This document shows positions 42,741 through 56,674 of a DNA stretch of 64,000 bases, in pieces. A program made the position numbers and the translations under genes. The stretch is taken from the NCBI RefSeq assembly GCF_006345805.1, contig NC_043003.1, forward strand, positions 10,664,001 through 10,728,000. Direction: 5' to 3'. Numbering within the stretch: the first letter of the stretch is position 1; each line of letters starts with the position of its first letter. The notes below the pieces were generated by a model. It was given only the letters and a program-made list of their open reading frames with translations. It did no database searches and was not told the origin of the DNA. This stretch comes from Octopus sinensis (lineage: Eukaryota).

Positions 42741-43173
42741 CACTCAATGTCCCCACTATTCAATACCCAAGGCCACCCATTCCACTATACTGAAGGTCAT
42801 CTCTCAAGACTCAAGGTTACTCACTTCCCAAGATGCAATATGCCCTGCTTTTCATTCCAGTCATCCATCAAGTAAGACTCTGCCCTATTCACAAAAGAAT
42901 ACTTAATGAAGTAAAGAATAGCCTTTCAGAGTCAATAAATTAAGTACCAGTGAAATACTGGGGTCGATGTAATCGACTAGTCTCCTCCCTCCACAAATTT
43001 CCTGTCTTGTGCCCTTGGTAGAAAGAATTATTATCATTATTATTCCCAAGGCGGTGACCTGGCTGGATCATTAGCAGCATTACATCTGTCTTTACATTCA
43101 GAGTTCAAATACCACCAAACTCAGCTTTGCCTTTCATTATTATTATTAATATTATTATTATTATTATTATTAT

Positions 43174-43728
43174 TGGGTGAGAGAGCAGTGTATGCCATCA
43201 AAGTAACACTGGAGTAAAATATATGAAGCCCAGTATACCCATCATGACTACCCATTTGATAAGAGTACACCAGACACATGCATCACAACCATATGTGCAT
43301 GACATGGTGATCTCATATCAAGATAAACAGCACATGACCTTGCAGGTGGGGCCCAGTTAGAATTTTCTTCAGGTCAAGTAACCCATCCCGTTCAAAAGGT
43401 CTCTGAACAAGGGTTGTTTAAAGATGTTGAACGAAACACCTATGTTTCCAAGGGCGAATTATCCAAACTCCAAAGAATCCCCCTCAACACATGGCTATGA
43501 TGCTCCCCACTACTTCTGCTCGTGATCAGAGATGCACATATCATCAGCCACTAAGGGACATGCTCAACTGGTTAAGGTCAAACAACTGACAAGCAAATCT
43601 GTGGTATTGAGCAGAATATATGCTGTATCCCATCTTTTATACCAAGACAAAACAATGTACATGATAACACTTCCAATCAGTTAAGATCAGAAGCCATGAG
43701 AGCCACTACCTGGTACTGCATCAGGGCA
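43174..43728 (+). mobile_element. ~555-bp unclassified dispersed repeat (family D) embedded in (ATT)n
   Basis: TGggtgagagagcagtg...gtactgcatcagggCA. Further copies at 49168-49724 (-), 51203-51759 (-) and a partial copy at 12431-12662 (-). Confidence 0.85.
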
Positions 43729-43773
<45 letters not shown>

Positions 43774-44394
43774 CATCATTACACAAAATAACCAAGGAAT
43801 CCTGGGTCACCACAGGACCCTTTTGATAGACACTCAACTTGCTAAAAATGGCAGCTATAGCATATTTCCCCAAAATCAGAATGACACGTAGCACAATGAA
43901 TGTAGCCCTACATCATCATCATCATCATCAGCATCATTTAACGTCCACTTTTCCATCCCTGCATGGGTTAGACGGAGTTTATTAAGGTAGATTTACTACG
44001 GCTGGATGCCCTTCCTGTCACCAAAAAAGACAGGATGGTCATAGCTGGTCATGGATGGGATTTCTTTGATCAGAAGTCTACTGCAGCTGAAGCAGGCTCA
44101 GGGTTAAATGACAACAACAGAAACCACCACTACCACCACCAACCACCCACATCATTAAATTTCTAAAGTCATTATAAAACATGAACGATGAGACAAAGAC
44201 ATTGATACTAACATTCTTATTCAACACATTATTGATGATGATGATCATGATCATGATGCAGTATAAACCGCTGGTCTGTCCTGACTGAGTATATCTACAC
44301 ACTGAAATCGAATTATGATCATATGGTTGTTGTTTTGCTTCGGCACAAAGTACCCCAGCCTACATTACCCAGTTGGCCTCTACTTCAGAGTAAA

Positions 44395-44599
44395 AGGGTG
44401 TTGATGAAAAGAAGATTTGGCTGCTATTTCTAGGAAACTGGATATATCACATAGAGAATGGCTCTCTCTCTCACTTTCGTTGGCCTTAGTGCAGAACAGG
44501 TAACAACACACTGAAGTGATAAACAGCCATCCAAAAGGTTTTGATTAAAAGGAGACTTGGCTGCTATTTCTAGCAAACTGGATATATCACATAGAGGCT

Positions 44600-44647
<48 letters not shown>

Positions 44648-45028
44648 CTCTCTCTCTCTCTGTCGTTGGCCTCAGGCGTTGCTGTGCAGTTCAGTGCAGA
44701 ACAGGTAACAATACACTGAAGTGATAAACAGCCATCCAAAGGGTTTTGATTACAAGGAGACTTGGCTGTTGTTTCTAGCAAACTGGATATATCACATAGA
44801 GAATATCTCTCTCTCTCTCTCTCGTTGGCCTCAGGCATTGCTGTGCAGTTCAGTGCAGAACAGGTAACAACACACTGAAGTGATAAACAGCCATCCAAAA
44901 GGTTTTGATTAAAAGGAGACTTGGCTGCTATTCTAGCAAACTGGATGTATCACATAGAATGCTCCCCTCTCTCCTCTCTCTCTCTTCTCTCTCTCTTCTC
45001 TCTGTCTCTCTCTCCCTCCTCTCTTCGC

Positions 45029-45061
<33 letters not shown>

Positions 45062-45224
45062 TCTGACGTCCCTTAGGATTGCTGTGCAGTTAGTGCATCA
45101 GAATGCTGAGTTTGTTAACCACAACACACTGAAGTGATATACAGCAGCCTCACCAAAGGGTTTTGATTAAAAGGAGACTTGGCTGTTGTTTCTAGCAAAC
45201 TGGATACATCACATAGAGAATGGT

Positions 45225-45259
<35 letters not shown>

Positions 45260-45335
45260 TTGGCCTCAGGCGTTGCTGTGCAGTTTTAGTGCAGAACAGG
45301 TAACATCACACTGAAGTGATAAACAACCATCCAGA
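44395..45335. repeat. ~150-250-bp tandem repeat, ~5 units, each with a variable (CT)n
   Basis: Recurring ggagacttggctgctatttctagcaaactggatatatcacatagag...(CT)n...gcagaacaggtaacaacacactgaagtgataaacagccatcc. Confidence 0.9.
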
Positions 45336-45929
45336 ACGTGAATTTCGATTAAGTTGCCAACACAAGACAGATTGTAATGTGATAACTGACAGCTAACAAA
45401 ACAAACAACGGAAAACAATAGAGAACAGATATCAGTTTGCTAGGAAGAGCTGAGAGGTTACAAGTTCAATCTCGGCCTCTGGCACACTGTTCGCCTTATG
45501 GGTATGACACATAACTCTCCTTGGCTCAGAATCAACATCGGTGAAAATTAATAGCAAAACCATATTAATTTCAAGGTTGAATGCCTACAGAACTGGCAAT
45601 AAGAGCATAGGCATAGTCGTGGTTGTGTGGTTAACAAGTTTGCTTACCAACCATATGGATCCAGGTTCAATATCCCAGTACAGTACTTAGAGTAAGTATC
45701 TCCCACCACAGCTTCAAACTGACCGATATTTTAGTCAATATGAGACTATGGTAGTGAAATTTACTCAACAGTAACTGTACAAGGTCTGTTATATTATGTT
45801 GAATCAAAAGTTTGGCAAGATTTTAGTAACTTAGTTGCTTCTGACTGAAGCAACATGAAATAAAGTGTCTCGCTTAAGGTCACAATACATCACCAAGAAT
45901 TGAACTCACAACCTTGCAACTTACAACAA

Positions 45930-46750
45930 AAGTAGCCTAGCATTTAAAGTAGAGGCCATAGTGTTGCACCATCTGAAGCTGCCTTTCTGCCAGTTCTTTG
46001 ATCCAATGCTCATACCAGTTCTTGTTTTTTGAGGTGAAGAACTCTTTTGCTGAACCTTCCACTTCTTGATTGATGAAGTGTTGCAAGCACAGGACATGAG
46101 CCATGGATTGAAACAAATAATAATTCAAGGGAGTTGGGTCCAGACTGTATACTGAGTGTGAAATCAGCTCAAGTCCCTCAGGTTCCTGGAGTTTTTTCAG
46201 TCATTCGAGTGGTATAGCGTTTCCTGTTGTCTTCCTGCAGAAGACCTCACTTTCATTTAATCAACGCCAAGTATTTCTGCCACACAGTGACATACGTCCA
46301 TGAGATGCTAACCTCACCTGATTCTCTCTGAGAGCTACTCACAGGATCTGTCTCTACAGCTTGGGCGCAGTCATGGAATCTATGGTTTTAGGCCTTCCAA
46401 ACCTGGCCTGATTGTTGAGTTCAGGTTCATGAATCCCATTCAATGTTGCAACCCATTTGATTGTTTTTTTTATTTAATTTCCATTTGTATTGGTTACGTA
46501 GTGATCAACCGTGCCTTCACCTTTCACACCACAAATGTTTTTGGTTGTTTCCACATTGTTATGGTCTAATTAGAACTCATAAAGCGTAAATTCCCTAATT
46601 AGACTACATTGCACGTTCATCTGTGTGGCTTTCAAGTCACATGGGAAGTAAAGCAATGCATAACGTGTCAGCACACCAACTATCACAATACTACCAAACT
46701 CAGCAGGAACCTTCCGTGGCTTAAACTGCTTCTGTCATGTGATTATAAAG
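45930..46750 (-). mobile_element. Degraded mariner element
   Basis: C-terminal EFFTSKNKNWYEHWIKELAERQLQMVQHYGLYFKC* (ORF 45937..46128). The upstream portion is assigned tentatively. Confidence 0.6.
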
Positions 46751-47863
46751 GGTGGCTCAAAAGTGGGTTTAGAGTTATTCAACTATATCTTTCACATTCA
46801 TATATTAACTGTTTAGATCTTAATTATAAAAGAATATGAAATCATTATTCTATGCTAATTTAGTTAATTGTAAGATAGAAATTTAAATGCAATAAAATGT
46901 TTTAAAAGAAATTTAAAGTGCCTATGTGATAACTTTTGGGCTACCTGTGTGTATATATATATATATTATATATATATATATATAATTATTATATATAACA
47001 TATATATATATATATATAAATATATATATATTATATACACATACACACACACACACACCACCAATATATTATATATATATAATATTATATATATATATGG
47101 TGGCTCAAAAGTAGGTGTAGGAGTGGCTGTGTGGTAAGTATCTTGCTTACCAACCACCTGGTTCTGGGTTCAGTCCCACTACATGGCACTTTGGGTAAGT
47201 GTCTTCTACTATAGCCTCAGGCTGACCAAAGCCTTGTGAGAGAAGCCTGTTGTATATATGTATATATATGTGTGTGTGTGTCTGTGTTTGTTCCCCCCAA
47301 CATCACTTGACAACCAACGCTGGTGTACCCCATAACTTAACAGTTTGGCAAAAGACACTGATAGAATAAGTACTAGGCTTACAAAGAATAAGTCCTGGGG
47401 TCGATTTGCTCGACTAAAGGTGGTGCTCCAGCATAGCCACAGTCAAATGACTGAAACAAGTATAAGAGTAAAAAGAGTATGGTTGTGAGGGTCCAGTAGA
47501 ATAAAAATAGCAATCAAAAGGTCCCATCAATAGAAAATGACTGAGAACTGCTGGTAGAAAGCAAGTATAACCTTGAGTTCCCTATTAAGGCCCCCACTGG
47601 TTACCCCCAATTCACTGAATACTGTGTCTTTGGGTTACAGTCCTTACTGACTGATTTCTGATTACTGGCTAAAAAGAAAAAAAAGGGTCTGGAGATTATA
47701 ACAGGAATTGTGACTTAAGGGCTGGTTGCCTTAACAGTGGTCCCTGGTAGGAAATGGTAACAGTAATAGTAGCAGCAGCAGCAACAATCACAACTAAGAA
47801 CAGTAATTGCAGCAGTAGTATTAGTAGAGGAAAATAACATTCATGTCAGTGGTGGTGGTGGTG

Positions 47864-47957
<94 letters not shown>

Positions 47958-48316
47958 CACAGAATCAGCTGGACCATGCATAGAGAGAAGCAGTCAGACA
48001 CAGAGAAGAGAGAGAGAGAGACCTTGAGAAAAGGAAAAGAAAAAGATGGAGAAAAGATAGACATAGTGAAAGAGAGAAAGAGAGAGACGAGAGGGAGTGA
48101 AAAAGAGAGAGGAAAGAGACATGAAAAGATAGAGAGACAGGAAGAAGACAGAGAAAAGAGAAAGAGAAGGATAGAGAGAAAAAAGAGAAAGAGAAAGACA
48201 GAAAGGGGAGGACGTTGATGGAAAGAAAGAAAGAAGGAAAGAAGGAAAGAAAGAAGGGAAGGAAGAAGGAAGGAAAGAAAGAAAGAAAGAAAGAAAGAAG
48301 GGAAGGAAGAAGGAAG

Positions 48317-48347
<31 letters not shown>

Positions 48348-48447
48348 GGAAAGAAAGAAGGAAAGAAAGAAAGAAAGAAAGAAGGAAGCAAGGAAGGAAA
48401 GAAAGAAAGAAGGAAAGGAAGGGAGAAAGGAAGGAAGGAGGAAAGGA

Positions 48448-48483
<36 letters not shown>

Positions 48484-49723
48484 AGGAAAGAAAGGAAGAA
48501 AGAAAGAAAGAAAGACTGAAACAGCAGCAGCAACAGCAGCAATGAAACAGCAGCAGCAGTTAGCAAAGGATAATGTATTCAACAGTTTAGTTCCATGTTG
48601 AGTCTGTTAATTCACATCAGTGTGTGTGTGTGTGTGCGTGTGTGTTTGTGTGTATGTGTGTGTGTGTGTGCATGTGTGTGTGTCTGCACCAAACACCAAC
48701 AACCAGCCGACAGCAACTGCAAGCCTGCTGCAGTTAAGACCACCAAATGTGTGTGTGTATGTGTGTGTGGATATGTTGACTACCACCACAACCACCACCA
48801 CCACCACAGTATTACCTACTTCTACTATGAGCCAACAAGAGAGGCCTCTAAGTGGTGGCACAGCCTGCTAGAAACAACAGCCACACACCACCTTCAAAAT
48901 CATATTTTACTCTCTTAAAAAACATAAGGGGACGGATTGAGTAATGAGGTCCTAAACATAGGACAGTCATGGCTGGAATGCCTTTGATCATAGACCAAAT
49001 CAATCAGGGCTTGACCTGGGGTTAAATAACAACAGCTATTTCTACTTTAATTAATAACGATAATTAATAGTAATAATGATAATGATAAATAACAATCATA
49101 AATGATCATAATAGTTATAAATGATAACAAAGACACCAATAATAGTAATAATAATAATAAAAATAAATGCCCTGATGCAGTACCAGGCATTGGCTCTCGT
49201 GGCTTCTGATCTTAAACTAATTGGAAGTGTTATCATGTACATTGTTTTGTCTTGGTATAAAAGATGGGATACAGTAAATATTCTGCTCAATACCACAGAT
49301 TTGCTTGTCAGTTGTTTGACCTTAACCAGTTGAGCATGTCCCTTAGTGGCTGACGATATGTGCATCTCTGATCACGAGCAGAAGTAGTGGGGGAGCATCG
49401 TAGCCATGAGTTGAGAGGAATTCTTGGAAGTTTAGATAATTCACCTTTGGAAATATGGGTGTTTCGTTCAACATCCTTAAACAAACCTTATTCAGGGACC
49501 TTTTGAGCGGAAGGGATTACTCAACCTGAAGAAAATTCTAACTGGGCCCTACCTGCAAGGTCATGCGCTGTTTATCTTAATATAAGATCACCATGTCGTG
49601 CACATATGGTTGTGATGCATGTGCCTGGTGTATCCTTATCAGACAGGTAGTCATGATGGGTATACTGGGCTTCGTATATTTTACCCCAGTGTCGCTTTGA
49701 TGGCATGCACTGCTCTCTCACAC

Positions 49724-49754
<31 letters not shown>

Positions 49755-49755
<1 letters not shown>

Positions 49756-50870
49756 TAATAATCCTTTCTACTAAGAGCACAAGGCCTGAAATTTGGGGGC
49801 CGGGGAACAGTTGATTGCATCGACTCCAGTGTTTCACTGGTACTTAATTTATTGACCCCGAAATGATGAAAGGCGAAGTCAACCTCAGCAGAATTTGAAC
49901 TCAGAACGTAGTGGCAGGTGAAATACAACTAAGCATTTTGCCCAGCATACTAATGATTCTGCTACTTTCTAATTTAGGTACAAGGCCAGCAATTTCTGGA
50001 GAGTGGGTAAGTTAACCCCAGTGTTCAACTGGTACTTATTTTATTCACCCTGAAAGAATGAAAGGCAAAGTCGACCTCAGCTGAATTTGAACACAGAACA
50101 TATTTGTCCCATGCTCTAAAAATTTTGCATGCTCACCACCTTAATAATAATAATAATAATAATAATAATCTATTCTATTAACACACAAGGTGTGAAATTT
50201 GGGGGAGAGGACTACTCGATTACATTGACCCCAGTGTTTCACTGGTACTTAATTTTTAGAGGATGAAAGGCAAAGTCAACTTTGGCAGAATTTGAACTCA
50301 GAACGTAAGGACAGGTGAACTACTGCTAGGCACTTTCTCCTTCATGCTAACGATTCTGCCAACTTGCCACCTTAATAAAATAATAATATAATAATAATAA
50401 TAATAATAATAATATAATAACCCTTTCTACTGGAGGCACAAGGCCTCATATTTGTGAGGATGGGAGAAGTCGATTACATCAACCCCAGTGTTCTACTGGT
50501 ACTTAATTTATTGACCCCAAAAGGATGAAACACAAAGTTGACCTTGGCAAAATTTGAACTCAGAATGTAGCAGCAGAATAAATACCGCTAAGCATTTTGT
50601 CCAGCGTGCTAACATTTCTGCCAGCTCACTTGCCTTATTAATAATGATAATGATGATAATGATAATAATAAATAATAATAATAATAATCCTTTCTACTAT
50701 AGGCACAAGGCCTGAAATTGGGGGCTGGGGGAAGGCGGTTAGTTGATTACAGTGGCCCCACTGTGCAACAGGCACTTATTTTATCAAACCTGAAAGGATG
50801 ACAGGAAAAGTCGACCCCAGCAGAATTTGGACTCAGAATGTAAAAACAGACGAAATACTGCTAGGCATTT

Positions 50871-50914
<44 letters not shown>

Positions 50915-50916
50915 TA

Positions 50917-50961
<45 letters not shown>

Positions 50962-51180
50962 TTCAAATTTTGCCAAAAGGGTAGCAATTTTAGGGGAAGA
51001 GGGAAAAGTCGATTACATCGACCCCAGTGTTCAACTGATACTTAATTTAGTGACCCTGAAAGGATGAAAGGTAAAGTCAACCTCAGCAGAATTTGAACAC
51101 CGAACATAGTGGCGGATGAAGTACCACTAAGCATTTCAACCAGCATGCTAACGATTCTGCCAGTTCACCACCTTAATAAT
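49755..51180 (-). mobile_element. Head-to-tail cluster of ~6 family B SINEs separated by (AAT)n
   Basis: Repeated cctttctact...ggcacaagg...gaatttgaactcagaac...gccttaataat units, all in the same orientation. Confidence 0.88.
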
Positions 51181-51787
51181 AATAATAATAATAATATAAA
51201 AATGCCTGATGCAGTACCAGGCAGTGGCTCTCATGGCTTCTGATCTTAACTGATTGGAAGTGTTATCATGTATATTGTTTTGTCTTGGTATAAAAGATGG
51301 GCTACAGCAAATATTCTGCTCAATACCACAGATTTGCTTGTCAGCTGTTTGACCTTAACCAGTTGACCATGTCCCTTGGTGGCTGGTGTTATGGGTATCT
51401 CTGATCACGAGCAGAAGTAGTGGGGGAGTATCATAGCCGTCTGTTGAAAGGAATTCTTTGGGGTTTGAATAATTCACCTCTGGAAACATTGGTGTTTCAT
51501 TCAATATCCTTAAACAAACCTTATTCAGGAACCTTTTGAGCGGATGGGCAACTCGAGCTGAAGAAAATTGTAACTGGGCCCTACCTGCAAGGTCATGTGC
51601 TGTTTATCTTAATATAAGATCACCATGTCGTGCACATGTGGTTGTGATACATGTGCCTGGTGTACCCTTATCAGACGGGCAGTCATGATGGGTATATTGG
51701 GCTTCGTATATTTTACCCCAGTGTCACTTTGATGGCATGCACTGCTCCCTCATTCACACGATAATAATGATGATGATGATGATAACA

Positions 51788-51819
<32 letters not shown>

Positions 51820-53900
51820 GATAATAATAATAATAATAAAGATTTCAATTATTGACCCTGGTGTTCAACTGGTACTTATTTTAAGAAGAAGAAGTAGAGA
51901 AGAAGAACAACAACAACATTATTTCTATTTGCAGCTACCACCACCAACAACAACAACACTAACACCACTACTGCTGTTACAATTGTTGATCTTGTCCGCA
52001 CAGTACACAACTACAGCTTTAGAGCTACCAATCCTGCTACGACCATCACCACTACAATCATTGTTACTACTACAACTACAACTACTACTACTACTACCAC
52101 CACCACCACTATTTCTTTGATCACCATTACTACATGTGCTTTTACCACAACAACTACTACTACTACTACCACCACCACCACCATCGCAACTACTTGTACT
52201 GCTTCTACTACAACCACCACAATTTTTACTGCCTCTGCTGCTATAATCAACGTTACTACTGCTACTGCTACTACTACTACTACTACTGCTGCTAAACTGT
52301 TATTGATACTACTACTACAACTACTATACTACATGAGATCTCGCTTCCTCTGCTCCATGAAGTGAAGTTGACCAACATGTAGCAAAAGCAGAAATGGGGC
52401 GAGAGGGATGGCATGAGGGGTGGGGGTAAGGGAAGGGAGTATGATATGAAATAATGGGAGGAGGAGGAGGAGGGAGGAGAGGGTGTGTAGGTGGTGGATG
52501 ATAGCGGGGAAGGTTGATTGTAATATCAAACTATAGGGGGGTGAGTAGAGGATAAGGAGAGGAAAGAGAGATTGGAGAATTAGAGAGAGAGAGAGAGCAA
52601 CTGAGAAAGAGAAAAGGAAAGACAGAGAGACAAAGAGAAAGACTGGGAAAGACAGAGAGAGAAACAAGGAGAGAAAGTATGATTTAGAGAGAAAGAAAGA
52701 ATGAGAGAGAGACAAAGAGAGAAGGAAAAACTGAGAGAGAAAAAAGGACAGAGAGAAAGAGAGACAAAGAGAGAAAGAAAGATTAGGAAAGAGAGGGAGA
52801 AACAGGGAGAGAAAGAAAGACTGGGAAAAAGAGAAAGAGAAAGACTAAGAGAGAGAGAGAGAGAGAGAGAAAGAAAGAAAGAAAGATTAAAAAGATGAAA
52901 TGAGAATTTTTTTTTAAAATAAGGCAATGAAAGTGAAACAAATAAAAAAAAGATGAAAGGAGAAAAAAAGAGAAATAAAAAGATAGGTTTCTTTCATATT
53001 GTAGTATAGAAACATCCACAAATTACACACACACATACACACACACAAATAAACACAAGCATACATTTTCCAGAAACACAGTCAGCTCCCCACTTGAATA
53101 TAAACAAAACCACACACACACACACATGTACTGTGGAGTATTCAGCCCCTTGCCAGTTAATTTCAGGCATAAGCTTTTCCATTCTTCAGACCAACTGGAA
53201 CCCTCACCATTGTAACTGACAGAGTGCCAATTATATACATATGTATATATATGTATATACTTTATTATATACTTCTGTTATATTTCTGCTGCTTTTAAAT
53301 AAAGCATATTACTCTACTCCTGGTATTTGAGTACTCTTTTTTCCACCTTGTTTCACATTTATGTGCTTACTCCAGTATATATGTATATATATGTGTGTGT
53401 GTGTGTGTGTGTGATCATCATCATCGTTTAACGTCCGTTTTCCATGCTATATATATAAATAGGTTTAAGAGACAGAATCACCCTCAAGCAATTCAATCAG
53501 CATTGAACAACATTATCCACAATATGTACATATAGGACTAAATATTAAAATATTATCAAAATTAATAACTTCAATTCTTATTCTAAATCATATACTTTAC
53601 ATTATAACCCAAGCACTTGGGTTATCCCAGAAATGGCTTAGTATATATTTATAGAATGGATAATGATATATAATGATATTTATAGAATGGATAACAAGCA
53701 GCTCCCATGCCAATGGCACGTAAAAAGTAACCACTACACTCTCAGAGTGGTTGGTATTAGGAAGGGCATCCAGCTGTAGAAACTTTGCCGTATCAGATTG
53801 AAGCCTGGTGCAGCCTACTGGCTCACCAGTCCTCAGTCAAACCATCCAACCCATGCCAGCATGGAAATCGGACATAAAACGATGATGATGATGATGATAT

Positions 53901-54113
53901 AGTCCTGAAGCTATTCTCTATCTTTATAAGTGCACCATTTGCCCCTGCATTCATTATTGTTGTCATATATGGGCAGGTGCTCCTGCGGATTATTTAACTC
54001 TGTTGGACCGCATTGAACACCGTATTTTCTGGTCTAACTTCTAAATTCCCTCTCTCATCATCGTCATGTGGCTTCCTTGTCTCTTTTCTATAAGTATTTT
54101 CATGGACAACTTT
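53901..54113 (+). mobile_element. Degraded CR1/L2-group LINE fragment (post-RT region)
   Basis: ILYLYKCTICPCIHYCCHIWAGAPADYLTLLDRIEHR...HHRHVASLSLFYKYFHG. Confidence 0.7.
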
Positions 54114-54513
54114 GATTTTCATCATTTCAGGGTCAATAAAATAAGTACCAGTTGTGTACCGGGGTCAATACAATTGTCTTAACTACCTCTGAGTATGAGC
54201 ATAAAAAGCTGCATCCCTCTGCCAAGCGCCATATTGAGCCAGTGTGGCAGAGTAGGCTCATCGAACTAGTATGATTTCAAGCCATTCTCTGAGTGAAACA
54301 ACATGCTGGGGCCTTCATCCTGCAATGGACTGAACATGGGCAACCCAATCCAATCCATGTATATAAGACTTGATTGTGAGAATTTTACAAGGACTGCAAA
54401 GCTTTCTTGTACAAGCAAAACCTTTCAGATATGTTAAAATGTATGAATATAAAGTTCTCTGATGGGCATGCCTTACTAAAATGAAAGAAAAGAAAAATCA
54501 AAGTGCAACCTAC

Positions 54514-54617
54514 CGTAGGGGTTTCCATTCACTGATGTGCCAATTAATTCGGCAGTGTGGTTTAAGAGGTCCTTCAGAGGGGCCAGGCAGATTTTTAATT
54601 CTGTGTTTTCTGTTTCT
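54514..54617 (-). CDS. RLIG1: RLIG1 homologue, internal exon (ELIG motif)
   Basis: Acceptor tataattacag, donor G|gtaggt. Encodes (K)ETENTELKICLAPLKDLLNHTAELIGTSVNGNPY(G), cf. human [29 protein letters not shown]. 104 nt, phase 2 to 1; not in the ORF track. Confidence 0.92.
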
Positions 54618-55062
54618 CTGTAATTATATACACAAGACACTAATGAATATTAACCTTTAAATATGAGATAAAGAACAAAAAACATAAAAATACATTAAAC
54701 ATTATAATGATCGTTATCATTATTTTAACATCCACTTTCCCAACATTGCATGGGTCGCACAGGGTTTATTGAGGCAGATAGCTACAGCTGGATGCTCTTC
54801 CTGTTGCCAATCCTCACCTATTTCCAAGCAAGGGAATATTTTCCCAGGGTCAGACACGTACTCACAGAATATTAACACACATTTACAACTATCATGTGAT
54901 GTCAAAACAAACAGGCACAAACACACACAGACACAGATACACACATACACACACACACACACTCACACATGCATACACATACACACACACAAACACGCAC
55001 AGACATACACATGGCTTGAGTGGTTGAAACTTAGAAGTTACTATCAATAAAATTCTTGTTTA

Positions 55063-55107
<45 letters not shown>

Positions 55108-55134
55108 CATACATACATACATATATGTATGTAT

Positions 55135-55196
<62 letters not shown>

Positions 55197-56674
55197 CATG
55201 TATACATGTGATGGGCCAAATCCACTCACAAGATTTTGGTTAGCTCAGGGCTATAATAGAAGACGCTTGCCTCAGGTGCCATGCAGTGGAACCGAACCCA
55301 AAACCATGTGATTAGGAATGAAATTTCTCAACCACACAACCAAACCATACCTGCACCTATATGTGCATCTTCTGCAATAAACTACACACACTGTTGTTCT
55401 TTTGTTCGTTTGTTTGTTTTCTTTTTGTTTTTTTTGTTTTTCAGAAGTGGACACCAGTCTTAGACAAAGAAACCAATCCTAGAAATATTACCAATTTTAC
55501 TACAAGGAATCAAATCCACTTCGCTATTCATTCCTCTACTCCTCCTCCTCCTCATCGTCACCATCTTTCATGTTGGATGATGAGAGGTTAATACAACAGT
55601 CCCCAAATATTTTCAGGCTGCTACCCCCTTGGCACCCAGCCTACAATCCTAGCGCTTCCCCACTTACCCTCCCCACCATAAATATAGACCACTTTCTGCA
55701 GCAAATTCAAAACAACTTTATTTTACAAATAAAACTTAAAACTAATTAACTTACTCTTTTACTTGTTTCAATCATTTGACTGCGGCCATGCTGGAGCACC
55801 GCCTTTAATCGAGCAACTCGACCCCGGGACTTATTCTTCAGCAAGCCCAGTACTTATTCTATCGGTCTCTTTTGCCGAACCGCTAAGTAACGGGGACATA
55901 AACACACCAGCATCGGTTGTCAAGCAATGCTAGGGGGACAAACACAGACACACAAACACACACACGCATATATATATATACATATATACGACGGGCTTCT
56001 TTCAGTTTCCATCTACCAAATCCACTCACAAGACTTTGGTCGGCCCGAGGCTATAGTAGAAGACACTTGCCCAAGGTGCCACACGGTGGGACTGAACCCG
56101 GAACCATGTGGTTGGTAAACAAGCTACTTACCACACAGCCACTCCTTTTTTTTTACATCACCACATTTTGGCTGCAACATTATTATCCCACTTTTCTTCC
56201 ACCCCCCCACCCCCTAAAGGGACAATACTGCCCACTTTGGGAACCACTGGCTTAATGTATGTCAACGAAGCAGAACAGGTTTCTTGCTGCGGACGAACTA
56301 AATGGTTTATCACATTATAAAAGAGAAAGCAAGGATAACTGGGAAGTTGAGCTAGAAAAAGAGATGAAAATATAGGTGGAACTAATATATAACTGCTCTG
56401 GTCATTTTTCTTCTAAAGATATTTCCCTTGCCGTACGCTTTAAATCACCAAGTAACATCCCGTATGCTGTCTCTTTGATATTTACAGATCCTTGTACTTA
56501 CATATCAATATAAACGGTTTAGAAAGAAAAAAAACTCAGACAGATATGTCTGAGTTGTTTCCCTTACATTTAAGAAATCCTACTTACTTCCCCTGGTGAG
56601 TTTTCGGAAAATTCTAATCCAGCTATTTATAAATTTCGTTCGTTTACAATCCTACTCTTTACTCTTTACTCTTT

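Noticed and set aside
3766-55229. Long ORF-track entries (poly-H/T/P, YI/CV, LLF, the HNKSSHAQQEFTCTTRV repeat, etc.)
   Set aside because: They are translations of microsatellites and minisatellites open in several frames and on both strands, with no splice or homology support.
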